From assembly GCA_045560455.1 (NCBI GenBank), contig JBJKZJ010000007.1:43843-107842 (forward strand): a stretch of 64,000 bases of DNA. The letters run 5' to 3'. The position numbers and the translations under genes were made by a program. Below, piece after piece: positions 51,571 through 61,905 of the stretch. Position 1 is the first letter of the stretch; each line of letters begins with the position of its first letter. The DNA is from Luminiphilus sp. GTDB lineage: Bacteria; Pseudomonadota; Gammaproteobacteria; Pseudomonadales; Halieaceae. The notes beneath the pieces are model-generated. The model ran no database searches and was not told the origin of the DNA. It worked only from the letters and a program-made list of their open reading frames with translations.

Positions 51571-52045
51571 CCTTTGAGCGGAATCGGGGCCGCCACACAC
51601 CCAAGGCGACGTTCGCTGTGGCAACCGAACCGATAATGACCAGCGACCACTGCTCAGCAGAAGACTGCATCGCGAGTTCCCCGACCAGAGCGTTGTCCGC
51701 CAGCGCCGAGGCCGCCAACTCCGCCTCTTTTTTCATCGGACTGTGGATTCCCAGAAGGCTACCTTCCAGCATGAGCACCGTGGTGGCCAGCTTGCCCCAT
51801 GCCCATGGAGCGCTGTGAAAGCCCGGCACGGCTGCCATCGACGCAAGACCAAACAGTAAAGTGATCAGGAGTGAGGGCATGAGCACCAGAGACGAAATGC
51901 TACCCATGGTCTGACGTTGGGCGCTGTAGATTTCTAACGCCTCCCCGGGCGCCGGCAATTGTCGATGGAAAACCCACAGCACAGCGATCGAGCCCAAAAA
52001 ACCAATGGCCGTCATCGTGTGGCCGAACTTGAGTAGTTTTCTCAT
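51554..52045 (-). CDS. Four-TM membrane protein (possibly DUF2269-like)
   Basis: LKFGH, WAWGKL, LGVWRPR end; four hydrophobic helices. Confidence 0.65.
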   Translation of the reverse strand: MRKLLKFGHTMTAIGFLGSIAVLWVFHRQLPAPGEALEIYSAQRQTMGSISSLVLMPSLLITLLFGLASMAAVPGFHSAPWAWGKLATTVLMLEGSLLGIHSPMKKEAELAASALADNALVGELAMQSSAEQWSLVIIGSVATANVALGVWRPRFRSKVSQAS

Positions 52046-52303
52046 GAGATTCCCTGTCACCGCACTATTAGGGGCCGAACACCAATAGCGATACCCCACC
52101 AGGAGTAGCACCAGCGGTAGTCAAGGCGACCGCTCCATCATCAATACGACGAGAACAGATTATGACTGATATCCAGCACGCTGATGCGCAGTTGTGTTAC
52201 AAACTCCTGCACTCGACCTTCACCGCTGATGACGTCGCCGCCCAATAGAGAGTTCGTCGCGCGCAGTCGGCAGGAAGGGGTGAAACAAGAGGAGCCCATT
52301 GCA

Positions 52304-53473
52304 ATGAGTACCCCCTACCCCACCCTACAATACAGCCACAGCGAGGAAATTGGCTTGCTAAGGGAAACGGTGCATCAGTTTGCCAGCGCGGAGATCGCAC
52401 CGCGGGCGGCCGACATTGACCGCGACAACGACTTCCCCAGAGATCTGTGGACCAAAATGGGTGATCTGGGTCTGCTGGGCATCACCATTCCCGAGCAATA
52501 CGGTGGCAGCGGCATGGGTTACCTCGCCCATGCGATTGCCATGGAAGAGATCTCCCGCGCCAGCGCTTCGGTCGGTTTGTCTTACGGCGCGCACTCCAAT
52601 CTATGTCTTAACCAGATTCGGTTGAACGGCTCCGAGGCGCAGCGGGCTCATTATCTCCCGGCGCTTTGCAGCGGAGAACACATCGGGGCGCTGGCCATGT
52701 CCGAACCAGGGGCTGGATCTGATGTCGTAGGCATGCGCTTGCGCGCGGAGCGTCAGGGAGATGACTTCATCCTCAATGGCAACAAGATGTGGATCACCAA
52801 CGGGCCTGATGCCGATGTGTATGTGATCTACGCTAAAACCGACCCGGAGGCGGGCTCGAAGGGCATCACCGCCTTTATCGTCGAGCGGGATACCAAAGGA
52901 TTTTCCCGCTCACCCAAACTGGACAAGCTTGGCATGCGCGGCTCCAACACCTGTGAGCTGGTGTTCGAGGATTGCGTGATTCCTGCCGATCAGGTGCTGG
53001 GAGAGATCGGCAGCGGCGTGCGCGTACTCATGTCTGGCCTAGACTATGAGCGAGCGGTTCTGTCGGGAGGGCCCGTTGGCATTCTGCAGGCTTGCCTTGA
53101 CGCAGTGCTCCCCTATGTTCATGAACGAGAGCAGTTTGGTCAGCCCATCGGTGAATTCCAGCTGGTACAGGGCAAACTCGCCGACATGTATGCGCGCTGT
53201 TCGGCGAGCCGCGCATACCTGTATGCCGTCTGCGAGGCGCTGGATCGCGGCGAGCAAAGTCGTAAAGACGCGGCCGCCGTGATTCTGTACACCGCCGAGG
53301 CCGCGACCCAGTCTGCGCTCGAAGCGATTCAGCTACTGGGGGGCAACGGGTATATCAACGACTTCCCCACCGGCAGACTGCTCCGCGACGCCAAACTCTA
53401 CGAAATCGGTGCGGGCACCTCTGAGATTCGACGCATGCTGGTGGGTCGAGAGCTGTTCGCCGACACTCAGTAA
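52304..53473 (+). CDS. ivd: Isovaleryl-CoA dehydrogenase
   Basis: [39 protein letters not shown]; GAGGAG RBS. Confidence 0.9.
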   Translation: MSTPYPTLQYSHSEEIGLLRETVHQFASAEIAPRAADIDRDNDFPRDLWTKMGDLGLLGITIPEQYGGSGMGYLAHAIAMEEISRASASVGLSYGAHSNLCLNQIRLNGSEAQRAHYLPALCSGEHIGALAMSEPGAGSDVVGMRLRAERQGDDFILNGNKMWITNGPDADVYVIYAKTDPEAGSKGITAFIVERDTKGFSRSPKLDKLGMRGSNTCELVFEDCVIPADQVLGEIGSGVRVLMSGLDYERAVLSGGPVGILQACLDAVLPYVHEREQFGQPIGEFQLVQGKLADMYARCSASRAYLYAVCEALDRGEQSRKDAAAVILYTAEAATQSALEAIQLLGGNGYINDFPTGRLLRDAKLYEIGAGTSEIRRMLVGRELFADTQ

Positions 53474-53512
53474 GGGGGAAAGCGCCCAAATTTGTGTAGC
53501 ACGACCGCGTGT

Positions 53513-54106
53513 TCAATCGTCGGAAGCATCCGGTGCGGTCTCTGTGAGCGAGATAGCATCCTGTAGCAGCGGCACGCTCAGCGGCACGCCACTTTGACCG
53601 CTCAGTGTCAGAGACTGGCGCAACGATGAAGACAGCGCAGTGGTGAGCACACGCTGCTGATAAGGCAAGTGCCGCTCACCCTGACGTAGAAGCGCCTCCC
53701 AGCTACCGGACTCTTCGAGCTGAGATCTGATACCGGCCAGATACTGCAACAGGGCGTCATGCACTACCGACCCCTCTGCCACCGATGGGTCGAAAGTGAG
53801 CGACCACGTCATGTCGTGGCGTAACTGGCAGCGAGCCACAAACGCACCATGCATCCGATGCCCCCATTCCTGTGGCGAAATCAAAGAGAGCTGCCATCGG
53901 CGCTTGCTCAAATAAAGGTAGTAGGTATGACTCGGCGCTACGCGAAAGCCAAAGGCCGCAGAAAGCACCAGCGCCGACCAACAGTAGTCTTGTGCCGCTT
54001 CCTCGCTGGACTTTGACCGCAGCTGAGCAGGAGACGCAGCATGCAGATCCTGCAGAACCAGCACCAGGCCTTTGTCTTGATGGGTGTTTTTCTCTCGCGC
54101 TGACAC
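53513..54106 (-). CDS. Hypothetical protein (possibly DUF2452-like)
   Basis: FGFRV...TYYLY...LSLISPQEW...DMTW pattern. Confidence 0.6.
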   Translation of the reverse strand: MSAREKNTHQDKGLVLVLQDLHAASPAQLRSKSSEEAAQDYCWSALVLSAAFGFRVAPSHTYYLYLSKRRWQLSLISPQEWGHRMHGAFVARCQLRHDMTWSLTFDPSVAEGSVVHDALLQYLAGIRSQLEESGSWEALLRQGERHLPYQQRVLTTALSSSLRQSLTLSGQSGVPLSVPLLQDAISLTETAPDASDD

Positions 54107-54186
54107 GGGATGACCTCTGGCTTGACGGACTCAAGTCTGATCCATTGATCAGTCAGTTCCAACACAGATATGTCGAGGCTTGGCGT

Positions 54187-54609
54187 TCAGGCCAACTCGG
54201 GGTGCCTTTCCAAAACCGAAGCCTTGAAAGCAGCCGGCATGGGGCGACTTTTGCGAGTCTGCTTGTCGACAAATACATAGGTAAAACTGCCGCGGCCGGC
54301 GGTTTCTTCGGTTCGAATATTGCGCATGGTGAAACCGATGACAATGCTCGAATTGCCGACCCGCTCTGCTGCAACTTCAACTTCGAGCGTATCCCCGGCC
54401 AGACTCTCACCCAGAAAATCCATGTTGGCATTGACGGTAAACGTCAAAAAATCGGGACCCACCACGTCGGCGACATCGAGACCCAATTCATTCCAATATT
54501 CCCCCAATACCTCGTCAGCGAATACGAAGTAGTTGCCAAAAAAGGCATGACCGTTGGCGTCGGTATCGGCGAAGCGCACTTTGATCGTGCCGCGGTAGGG
54601 GTTTGACAT
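54187..54609 (-). CDS. Acyl-CoA thioesterase (4HBT/YbgC hot-dog fold)
   Basis: VRFADTDANGH, VGNSS, YVFVD. Confidence 0.87.
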   Translation of the reverse strand: MSNPYRGTIKVRFADTDANGHAFFGNYFVFADEVLGEYWNELGLDVADVVGPDFLTFTVNANMDFLGESLAGDTLEVEVAAERVGNSSIVIGFTMRNIRTEETAGRGSFTYVFVDKQTRKSRPMPAAFKASVLERHPELA

Positions 54610-54824
54610 CAGAAAGCTCCCGTCTCAATGGGTGGCAGTACAAGTGAGGCCGAAGTATGACGGCTTGCCGCCGCAGGGTCACTGTAAAACCGGTGCGCAG
54701 CGGGGCATGCGTGAAATAGTCCATAGCCCATGGCGGGAACCTGTCATCTTCCGGGCAGAAGCCTTATCATTCCGCGCTTTCTGATGGGCCGCCCAGCACC
54801 ATCCAATCAACCAGGGATCGCTGC

Positions 54825-55262
54825 ATGAATACCACATCGCTTATCGCCGCTTTTGTTGTCGTTGTATCGGGTTTGATTTGGGCCGGCACCCAAAGCAACA
54901 ACGCGGACTGGACGGGCAATCGCAACCAGTGTGTGGGTGAGTGCTACGAGGACTGGAAAGCGGAGAATGGCGGGAGCATCGCAGCTGTCGAGGAGGCGAA
55001 GCAACTCGCGTTAGCCGCCGCCTCACCTGCTGCGCTGGGAAAAAAATACTATGGGCAATGCATCGCCTGTCACGGAAGTCGTGGAGAGGGCGGTATAGGG
55101 CCCATGCTGGCAGGGCAAGCGGATTCGGATATCGTCGCCAAGCTGACGGCTTATCGGGCTGGCGAAGAACGCGGTGCGCAATCAGCCATGATGTATCCAG
55201 TGGCTAAACCCATGACCGATCAAGACATCGAAAATCTCGCCGCTTACGTATCAGGTTTGTGA
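54825..55262 (+). CDS. Membrane-anchored monoheme cytochrome c (c553-like)
   Basis: N-terminal TM, CIACH, GPMLAGQ, SAMMYP (axial Met). Confidence 0.88.
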   Translation: MNTTSLIAAFVVVVSGLIWAGTQSNNADWTGNRNQCVGECYEDWKAENGGSIAAVEEAKQLALAAASPAALGKKYYGQCIACHGSRGEGGIGPMLAGQADSDIVAKLTAYRAGEERGAQSAMMYPVAKPMTDQDIENLAAYVSGL

Positions 55263-57454
55263 ATTGCACTGCACGCGACAACAGACCGTTCTTCATTTTC
55301 ACAGGCACCCCACAGGGGCCCTGCGACGCGCTGGCGCGCAATGCTAGGGTGTTGAGCACCCGTCCTTCCTACACGAGAGGCCTGCCCTACTCTCTGATCA
55401 CATGGCTACTGGGCAGTTTCCTGTTACTGGTCAGCGCGATCAGCCAGGCCTGGGAGGCGTCAATTGAGCGAGATGCGTTGGGCGTGCCCCACATCTATGG
55501 CGAGACCGACGCCGACATGGCGTTTGGCGTGGCATGGGCTCAAGCGGAGGACGGTTGGGAAATACTCGAGGAAACTCTCCCCTACTATCGCGGCACTGCT
55601 GCGAGCTACTTCGGCCGGGACGCTGCAGTCACCGATTACCTCATCAAGTGGCTGGGGTTCTGGGAAACGATCGAGAGCGATTATGAGCGTATGCTGAAGC
55701 CAGAGACGCGTGCATACCTGGACGCCTTTGCCGCCGGTTTCAATACATTTGCGGCAAAGTACCCTGAACGCGTCTCGCTCGACGTCTTGCCTGTCACTCC
55801 ACAGGACGTGATTGCCGCCCATATGTTCCGGCATCTTCTCTTCTACGGGTTCGAGAAACCACTCACGGCATTGCGCGCCGAGACTCGCCAGTTTGAGATC
55901 AGCGATGCACCCGCCTTACCCGCGACCGCCATCACGCTGGGCTCAAACGCCACGGCGATAGCACCCTTGCGAAGCCTCGATGGCTCGACAATGTTGATGA
56001 TCAATTCTCATCAACCGCTGACTGGCCCGGTCTCGTGGTACGAAGCCCACCTGCAAAGCGGCGAGGGCCTCAATGTCATGGGAGGTCTGTTTATCGGCGC
56101 GCCAACGCTCGGGGTGGGTTTCAACGAACATCACGGTTGGGGGGCGACCGTTAATCAGCCGGACTTGGTTGACGTGTTTGTGCTGGATATCGACCCCGAT
56201 GACGAGAACCGTTACCAGTTGGACGGCGAGTGGCGTGAACTTGAGGCCTTTGAGATCCGCATCAACGTGAAGTTATGGGGGTGGCTCCCCTGGACGGTCA
56301 AGGAGACCGGGTATCGTTCGGTTCATGGGCCCGTCATGAAGACTGATCATGGTACCTATGCCATACGCTACGCGGGTATGGGGGAAATCCGGCAGGTAGA
56401 GCAGTGGTTGGCCATGAGCGCTGCGCGCTCATTCTATGAATGGCGCAATGCGATCGCACTACAACACATTGCCAGCTTCAATTTTGTCTACGCCAATGCT
56501 GACGGCGACATTCATTTCGTTCACAACGCCATGATGCCAGACCGCGCAGCCGGATGGCGATGGGATCAGTATCTGCCCGGCGATCGTAGCGATTTGATCT
56601 GGGATCGCTATCTGCCGCTTGAGAGTCTGCCCAGCATCACCAACCCCTCCTCGGGCTACCTTCACAGCGCCAACCAGTCGCCATTTCAAATTAGTGCCAA
56701 GGGGAGCAATCCCAACATTTCAGCCTATCCCAAGGAGAGTGGCTGGCCGACCAGAATGACCAATCGCGCAGTTCGCGGGCTCGAGCTGCTCAATGCTGAC
56801 AGTGCAATCTCATTCGACGAGTTCAGTGACATCAAGCACGACAATGCCTACTCACCGGATTACCGCGGCTACCGCTATCTTGCTCTGGTGGCCGACCTGA
56901 AGCCAAACAGTCCAGAGGAAGCGGAAGCCATCGCGCTGATTGGCGGATGGAATCTCCAAACTGACAAACAAAATCGCCACGCGGCACTTGGAGTCTGCAT
57001 TTTGCTTGAAGAATGGCAGGCCGAAAGGTCGCAAGTCGCAATGCCTGACGCCCGCGAAACCCTGCATCAGTGCATGAAGTCTGTCCGAGACCTGTCGGGT
57101 CGTCTCGATCCTGAGTGGGGCTCGGTACAACAACACGGCAGGGGCGACCGTAAGTGGGACGTAGCAGGTGGGCCCGACACCTTACGCGCCATGTACGCCG
57201 AGAGGCTCGATGAGAAAGATGATCACCTTACCGTGGTGGCAGGTGATGGCCTTTACTATCTGATTGAATGGACCGCAGATGGACGTCACAACATCCAAGG
57301 CACGCATCAGTACGGCAGCCACATGACGGATGCCTCATCACCCCACTACCTCGATCAGGCTGAGGACTTCTCAAGAGAAACGATGAGGTCACCCGGGTTC
57401 TACCCTGAGAACCGATCTACGATCTCTCGGCGCTACACCGTCTCGGGACCTTAA
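55259..57454 (+). CDS. Penicillin acylase/Ntn-hydrolase (S45)
   Basis: RDALGVPHIYG, WAQAED, GSN cleavage site, INSHQP, WYEAHL, SANQSP; true start uncertain. Confidence 0.88.
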   Translation: MNCTARDNRPFFIFTGTPQGPCDALARNARVLSTRPSYTRGLPYSLITWLLGSFLLLVSAISQAWEASIERDALGVPHIYGETDADMAFGVAWAQAEDGWEILEETLPYYRGTAASYFGRDAAVTDYLIKWLGFWETIESDYERMLKPETRAYLDAFAAGFNTFAAKYPERVSLDVLPVTPQDVIAAHMFRHLLFYGFEKPLTALRAETRQFEISDAPALPATAITLGSNATAIAPLRSLDGSTMLMINSHQPLTGPVSWYEAHLQSGEGLNVMGGLFIGAPTLGVGFNEHHGWGATVNQPDLVDVFVLDIDPDDENRYQLDGEWRELEAFEIRINVKLWGWLPWTVKETGYRSVHGPVMKTDHGTYAIRYAGMGEIRQVEQWLAMSAARSFYEWRNAIALQHIASFNFVYANADGDIHFVHNAMMPDRAAGWRWDQYLPGDRSDLIWDRYLPLESLPSITNPSSGYLHSANQSPFQISAKGSNPNISAYPKESGWPTRMTNRAVRGLELLNADSAISFDEFSDIKHDNAYSPDYRGYRYLALVADLKPNSPEEAEAIALIGGWNLQTDKQNRHAALGVCILLEEWQAERSQVAMPDARETLHQCMKSVRDLSGRLDPEWGSVQQHGRGDRKWDVAGGPDTLRAMYAERLDEKDDHLTVVAGDGLYYLIEWTADGRHNIQGTHQYGSHMTDASSPHYLDQAEDFSRETMRSPGFYPENRSTISRRYTVSGP

Positions 57455-59545
57455 ACCCAGAGTGGGCGGATACGGGTCCCGCGTACTGTGCCGCTTGGCG
57501 TGAAGCACTGAGGTCGCGCCCGGTCCGAAGCGGCCTTGCGCAGCGGGTTGTCCCAGTCCTATAGGCGATGTGCCCAGCTCGTAGGCTTCCCGTGTCGTTG
57601 CCAGTAGCGAACGAGGTGCCCGACAATCCCCCACCAGTATTACCTCAAGTCCGGCGGCCTCCAGTGGCGCCTGTAACGCGTTATTTGGAATTCGGCTGCT
57701 CGCATGTGTCACAGCGACAACGTTTTCAATCATGTGCTTCGCACCACTGTAGACGTTGCGTAGCTGTAGCTGGGCCTCTTCCAAGGCTTCGAGGCTCACT
57801 GGCTCCATATTGCAGAGTATCTCCACGCCCAGATCATGGAGTCGCTGATAGATTCCCTGTCGGTTGATCAGTGACACGTCATGGCCGATCCGCTCTCTCG
57901 ACGTCACGATCGTGACGGCGGTGAAGCGCTTTGCCAGCAATTGAGCAATGGCGTAAGTCATCTCAGAGTGATCCTGATCAACAAGCACGGTGCGGCCCTC
58001 GGTCACGTCGTGGCGCTCGAGCAGGTCAGCCGCCATCTCTCTGGCACTGGGGATCAAACCTGACATAGCCCATTCATCGTCAAGCCAGGGAGGCTGCCCG
58101 CTCCGAGAGCCCGTTGCCAAAATCACCTGTTCAGGCCTCAGAGCCAGTATATCCTCCGCAGCCGCTTGCCGGCCCAGAGTGAACTCCACCCCGTATCTCA
58201 TCGCCATCAGATATTGATAGTCGTAGACGCTGGAGAGATTCTCGCCTCCGGGTAGCGCGGCATGGAGCGATGTTTTTCCACCCAATCTCTCGTAATCTCC
58301 AACCACGCTAACTCGGTGCCCTTTGCGGGCCGCGGTATGGGCCGCCTCCAATGCGGCCACGCCAGTGCCCACCACTACAATATGTTTTGGGCTGTTTACC
58401 CTGGTTGGTTGCCAATCATGTTCGTCAACGCTACCGACCCGAGGATTGTTATCGCATTCGAGCCCACTTCCGTCGATGATGCTACGCCAACAGGTATTGC
58501 AGGAGACGCAGTAACGGATATCAGCCTCCCTGCCCTGCTCGCTTTTTCTCGGAAAGGAAGGATCAGTGATCAACGGGCGTCCGAGAAATACCAGATCTGC
58601 CGTGCCGTCACTGAGGGCCGTCTCGCACTCGTTGGGATCCGTGATGTAACCGATTGCACCAGTCAGTATGTCCGGAGCCGCTTGACGAAGGGCTGCGATG
58701 TCGGACAGATAAGGGTGCCGCTCTCCGTGCGCATCGGGCAGATGTCGATACAGTGAGCGCGCGTGCGCACCCCACACCCAAGTCCAGCTGTCGAACTCAG
58801 CACGCTGCTCCGCTAACCGTCCGGCGATCTCTTTGGCAAGCTCCAGACCAATACCGCCCGGGACGCCATCGTCAGCAGGAAGCTTGAGCCCGATAATGAA
58901 GGGGTACCCGCACTCGGCGCGAATGGCGCTGATCAGCTGACACAGGAACCGCGTCCGTCCGGCTAGATCCCCGCCATAGTCGTCTTGCCGTCGATTCGAC
59001 CACGGGGATAAAAACTGGTGGAAGAGATGCCCATGCCCGGCTGAGATTTCGACCCCGGCGAAACCGGCCGATTGCAGCCGCGCGCTACCCCTCGCCCAGT
59101 CACCAATCATGTCCTCGATTTCCATCGCGCTGAGCTCAGCGGGCACGGTCCAACTCAAATCATCCGGTAATGCCGAGGCCCCCACCGCACCATCATTTCG
59201 GCCCACGGAATGACGGCCCCGCCCCGAATCCTGTACCTGCCCCATCAACAAGGCGCCTTCAGCCGAGACGGTGTCGGCGGCGAGCTTCAGTTGATCCAGA
59301 CCGGCATCGTCCCAAGCGCGCAATCGACTGGACAATCGATTGTACGCCGTCATGGCGATGGGCTCCGTGATAATCGCAGCCGCACCCCCCGCCGCCCTCG
59401 ACCGATAGTAATTCAACAACTTCTCGCTGGGCGCGTGGTTCACCACATACTGCGTCACGATCGACGCATGGATGATCCGATTCCGCAGCGTGTACCCGCC
59501 CAGCTCAACGGGGCTGAAAAGGTTGGGGTAGAAAGGATTGGTCAT
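57389..59545 (-). CDS. NADH:flavin oxidoreductase (OYE barrel, Fe-S and FAD domains)
   Basis: LRNRI, HGHLFHQFLSP, NRRQDDYGG, CVSCNTC...C, VVGTGVAA, VGDC; C-terminal tail suspect. Confidence 0.88.
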   Translation of the reverse strand: MTNPFYPNLFSPVELGGYTLRNRIIHASIVTQYVVNHAPSEKLLNYYRSRAAGGAAAIITEPIAMTAYNRLSSRLRAWDDAGLDQLKLAADTVSAEGALLMGQVQDSGRGRHSVGRNDGAVGASALPDDLSWTVPAELSAMEIEDMIGDWARGSARLQSAGFAGVEISAGHGHLFHQFLSPWSNRRQDDYGGDLAGRTRFLCQLISAIRAECGYPFIIGLKLPADDGVPGGIGLELAKEIAGRLAEQRAEFDSWTWVWGAHARSLYRHLPDAHGERHPYLSDIAALRQAAPDILTGAIGYITDPNECETALSDGTADLVFLGRPLITDPSFPRKSEQGREADIRYCVSCNTCWRSIIDGSGLECDNNPRVGSVDEHDWQPTRVNSPKHIVVVGTGVAALEAAHTAARKGHRVSVVGDYERLGGKTSLHAALPGGENLSSVYDYQYLMAMRYGVEFTLGRQAAAEDILALRPEQVILATGSRSGQPPWLDDEWAMSGLIPSAREMAADLLERHDVTEGRTVLVDQDHSEMTYAIAQLLAKRFTAVTIVTSRERIGHDVSLINRQGIYQRLHDLGVEILCNMEPVSLEALEEAQLQLRNVYSGAKHMIENVVAVTHASSRIPNNALQAPLEAAGLEVILVGDCRAPRSLLATTREAYELGTSPIGLGQPAAQGRFGPGATSVLHAKRHSTRDPYPPTLGLRSRDGVAPRDRRSVLRVEPG

Positions 59546-59865
59546 TGCGCGTATCGCCCAACCAAGACAAGCCGGTGCAGTGAGACCTTAGTCGTCAATT
59601 GATTCCACTCTGGCACTACTGACAGGGAGCAGTGCTGATCTCTCAGTGCGCCGGGGTGTACCCGGATGGCGCTGGGATACCCGCAGTTTGCATTGACGTG
59701 ATCGACTCATGGCAGCCCTCGTAGGCTCGCGAATTCGGTTTGATGATATGTTTAAGTCCTGGAAAGAGACAAGGATGGCAGGGTTTGTGGCTGAGACCAA
59801 CGGACCCACTGAATCAGCCTGGCTGGAGGCGGACCGGCGCAAGGAACTCAGAGCAAGGAGAGACC

Positions 59866-60177
59866 ATGACTACGATCGTTGTGTTATTTAACCTGAAGGC
59901 AGGGGCGAACCTAGAGAATTACGAGCAGTGGGCGCGGGATGTCGATATCCCCAATGTGCGCCGACTGGACGGCGTCGGTGGGTTTGAAATACTCAGGAGC
60001 GAGGGGCTACTGAGCGGTTCATCAGACGTTCCATACGCCTACGTTGAACTGATACAGGTCGATGATATGGACCGCTTCATGAGCGCGGTTGGCACCGAGA
60101 CAATGCAGGAGGTGGCTACACAATTTGGTGCGTTCACGGACGATGCGACATTTATGGTGACTGAGTCGATCGAATGA
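59866..60177 (+). CDS. REDY/HapK-like small protein
   Basis: MTTIVVLFNLK...YEQWAR..DIPNV...PYAYVE; AAGGAG RBS. Confidence 0.72.
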   Translation: MTTIVVLFNLKAGANLENYEQWARDVDIPNVRRLDGVGGFEILRSEGLLSGSSDVPYAYVELIQVDDMDRFMSAVGTETMQEVATQFGAFTDDATFMVTESIE

Positions 60178-60327
60178 CAGACCTACAGGGTAAGAGCGGG
60201 CTCTGCACCGGCGCTGGGTCGCCGATACTCTATGTGATGGGCGACGACGCTACAGACCACCGATAGCAAGATGCTATGCCGCTCACGAGTGACATAAGAG
60301 GGCTCGCCGCGCCAGTGTCGCGTAGCT

Positions 60328-60993
60328 TTAGCGTCTGTGAGAAAACCTGTCCCTAAGCACTCGAGGATAAAAAGCCTTGTCGAAAAACCACCGGTGGCGC
60401 TCGTAACACAGAGCCTCCATTTCCGCGTCGTAAACCTCATCTACAGCTTCATGCTTACTTTGGTTTTCACTAGGAAGGCTGTAACCAGCCTCTAGATAAG
60501 GCGACATACATAATTCGAGGTCTGAAGATAAACGCTCGTGGCGCAAGATCACCAAGTTGTCGGGCATAACGCCGTTGAAGTGATAGTAGAGATCCAACCG
60601 AGGTGGATTCATCCCAAAAAATGGCGCCTTTGCCAGGTAGTGACGGAAATCACCTTCGAGAGCGATGTCCTGTGCCATACCGCGATCTTGAGGCAGATTT
60701 TTCTTTAAATAGGCATAACGCGACAACTCTAACTCATAGGGATTCCGCATCACGACAAAAACTTTTTCGAACTGCTCCAGACGCATGTTGCGGTAAGTGA
60801 AAAAAGAGGCCGCATCGACGAGTGTCTCGTGCCGCTTGCCGGGGATATGCACAACTTTGCCCTCCCGATACTGCTCGTCGTAGGGCCCTGTGATGTTGAC
60901 CGGACCCGGGAGAGAACGGCACAACAAAGTGGTCATGCTCATACCCGCAGTTTTTGGGGCATGAATAAAGAGGATAGAGTTGTTCCAGATCAT
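60328..60993 (-). CDS. Sulfotransferase-family protein
   Basis: FIHAPKTAGMSM (5'-PSB loop) and RNPYELELSRY (3'-PB motif). Confidence 0.82.
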   Translation of the reverse strand: MIWNNSILFIHAPKTAGMSMTTLLCRSLPGPVNITGPYDEQYREGKVVHIPGKRHETLVDAASFFTYRNMRLEQFEKVFVVMRNPYELELSRYAYLKKNLPQDRGMAQDIALEGDFRHYLAKAPFFGMNPPRLDLYYHFNGVMPDNLVILRHERLSSDLELCMSPYLEAGYSLPSENQSKHEAVDEVYDAEMEALCYERHRWFFDKAFYPRVLRDRFSHRR

Positions 60994-61131
60994 AGGACTT
61001 CGCTGGCCGACACTGGCCTCTATGATATCGCATCCACTTCTGGTTCATACTTCACCTTAAGGTACCCTCTTCCGAGCAACGGAAGTATCTCCTTGAGCTC
61101 TTGAGTTAATTTCAACCCCGGGGATATCGCA

Positions 61132-61761
61132 ATGAATAGTGCAGAATCACTGATTAATGCCTTGGCGAAAGATGGTGTGGACGCTTGCTTTGCCATTCCT
61201 GGCACCTCTGAAATGCAGCTGGTGGCGGCGCTGGACAAGCAACCCCGTATTCGCGCGGTGCTGTGTTTATTCGAAGGCGTCGTAACGGGCGCGGCCGACG
61301 GGTACGGGCGCATGGCCGACAAACCCGCCCTCACCTTGCTCCATCTGGGTCCGGGTTTCGCCAACGGGATGGCCAACCTACATAACGCGCAGCGCGCTGG
61401 GTCGCCCATACTCACCATGGTGGGTGATCACGCCACAGATCATCTTCAGCAAGATGCGCCGCTCACGAGTGATATTAAAGGCATGGCCACACCCGTATCG
61501 CGCGCCTTGCGCGTATCTCACAGCGCAACGGGGCTGGCGCAAACCGGCCTCGACGCCCTCGCGGACAATCTTAAAAACAATGGCAGCGTCAGCACCTTTG
61601 TGGTGCCCGCCGATCACGCCTTGGGGGGACATCGACGAGCCGACATCGCACGAGGCATGGGTATGCAAGCGCTCAAAGTCGAGACCGTGGCCCAGCTCGA
61701 TCAGGCCTTTGCCGATGCCATGGAGAACACCGGGCCCTGCTTAATCGAGGTGATGCTCTAA
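61132..61761 (+). pseudogene. Acetolactate-synthase-like ThDP enzyme with large internal deletion
   Basis: N-domain (PGTSEM, LFEGVVTGAADGYGRM, LHLGPG) joined directly to the C-terminus (ARGMG...GPCLIEV); 209 aa, no GDG ThDP motif. Confidence 0.75.
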
Positions 61762-61905
61762 CGCCCACCGCGGTAGCTCCAAAGCGAGTGGACTGATCGG
61801 CATGTCAAACAGACACGCGCATTAGCCGAGCACGCCAGCTAATTGAGCAACAGAGAGTCGCCCCACACCTTCCCGTCCATGTCAGCGTGAGGCGCGCAAT
61901 ATCGC

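Noticed and set aside
52162-52248. 28-aa [31 protein letters not shown] upstream of ivd
   Set aside because: Weak RBS, no Leu-rich attenuator pattern and no recognisable homology.
53872-54606. 244-aa plus-strand ORF
   Set aside because: Overlaps two better-supported minus-strand genes and has no motif.
59709-59891. 60-aa ORF upstream of the HapK-like gene
   Set aside because: No motif or clear RBS, and it overlaps the better-supported start at 59866.
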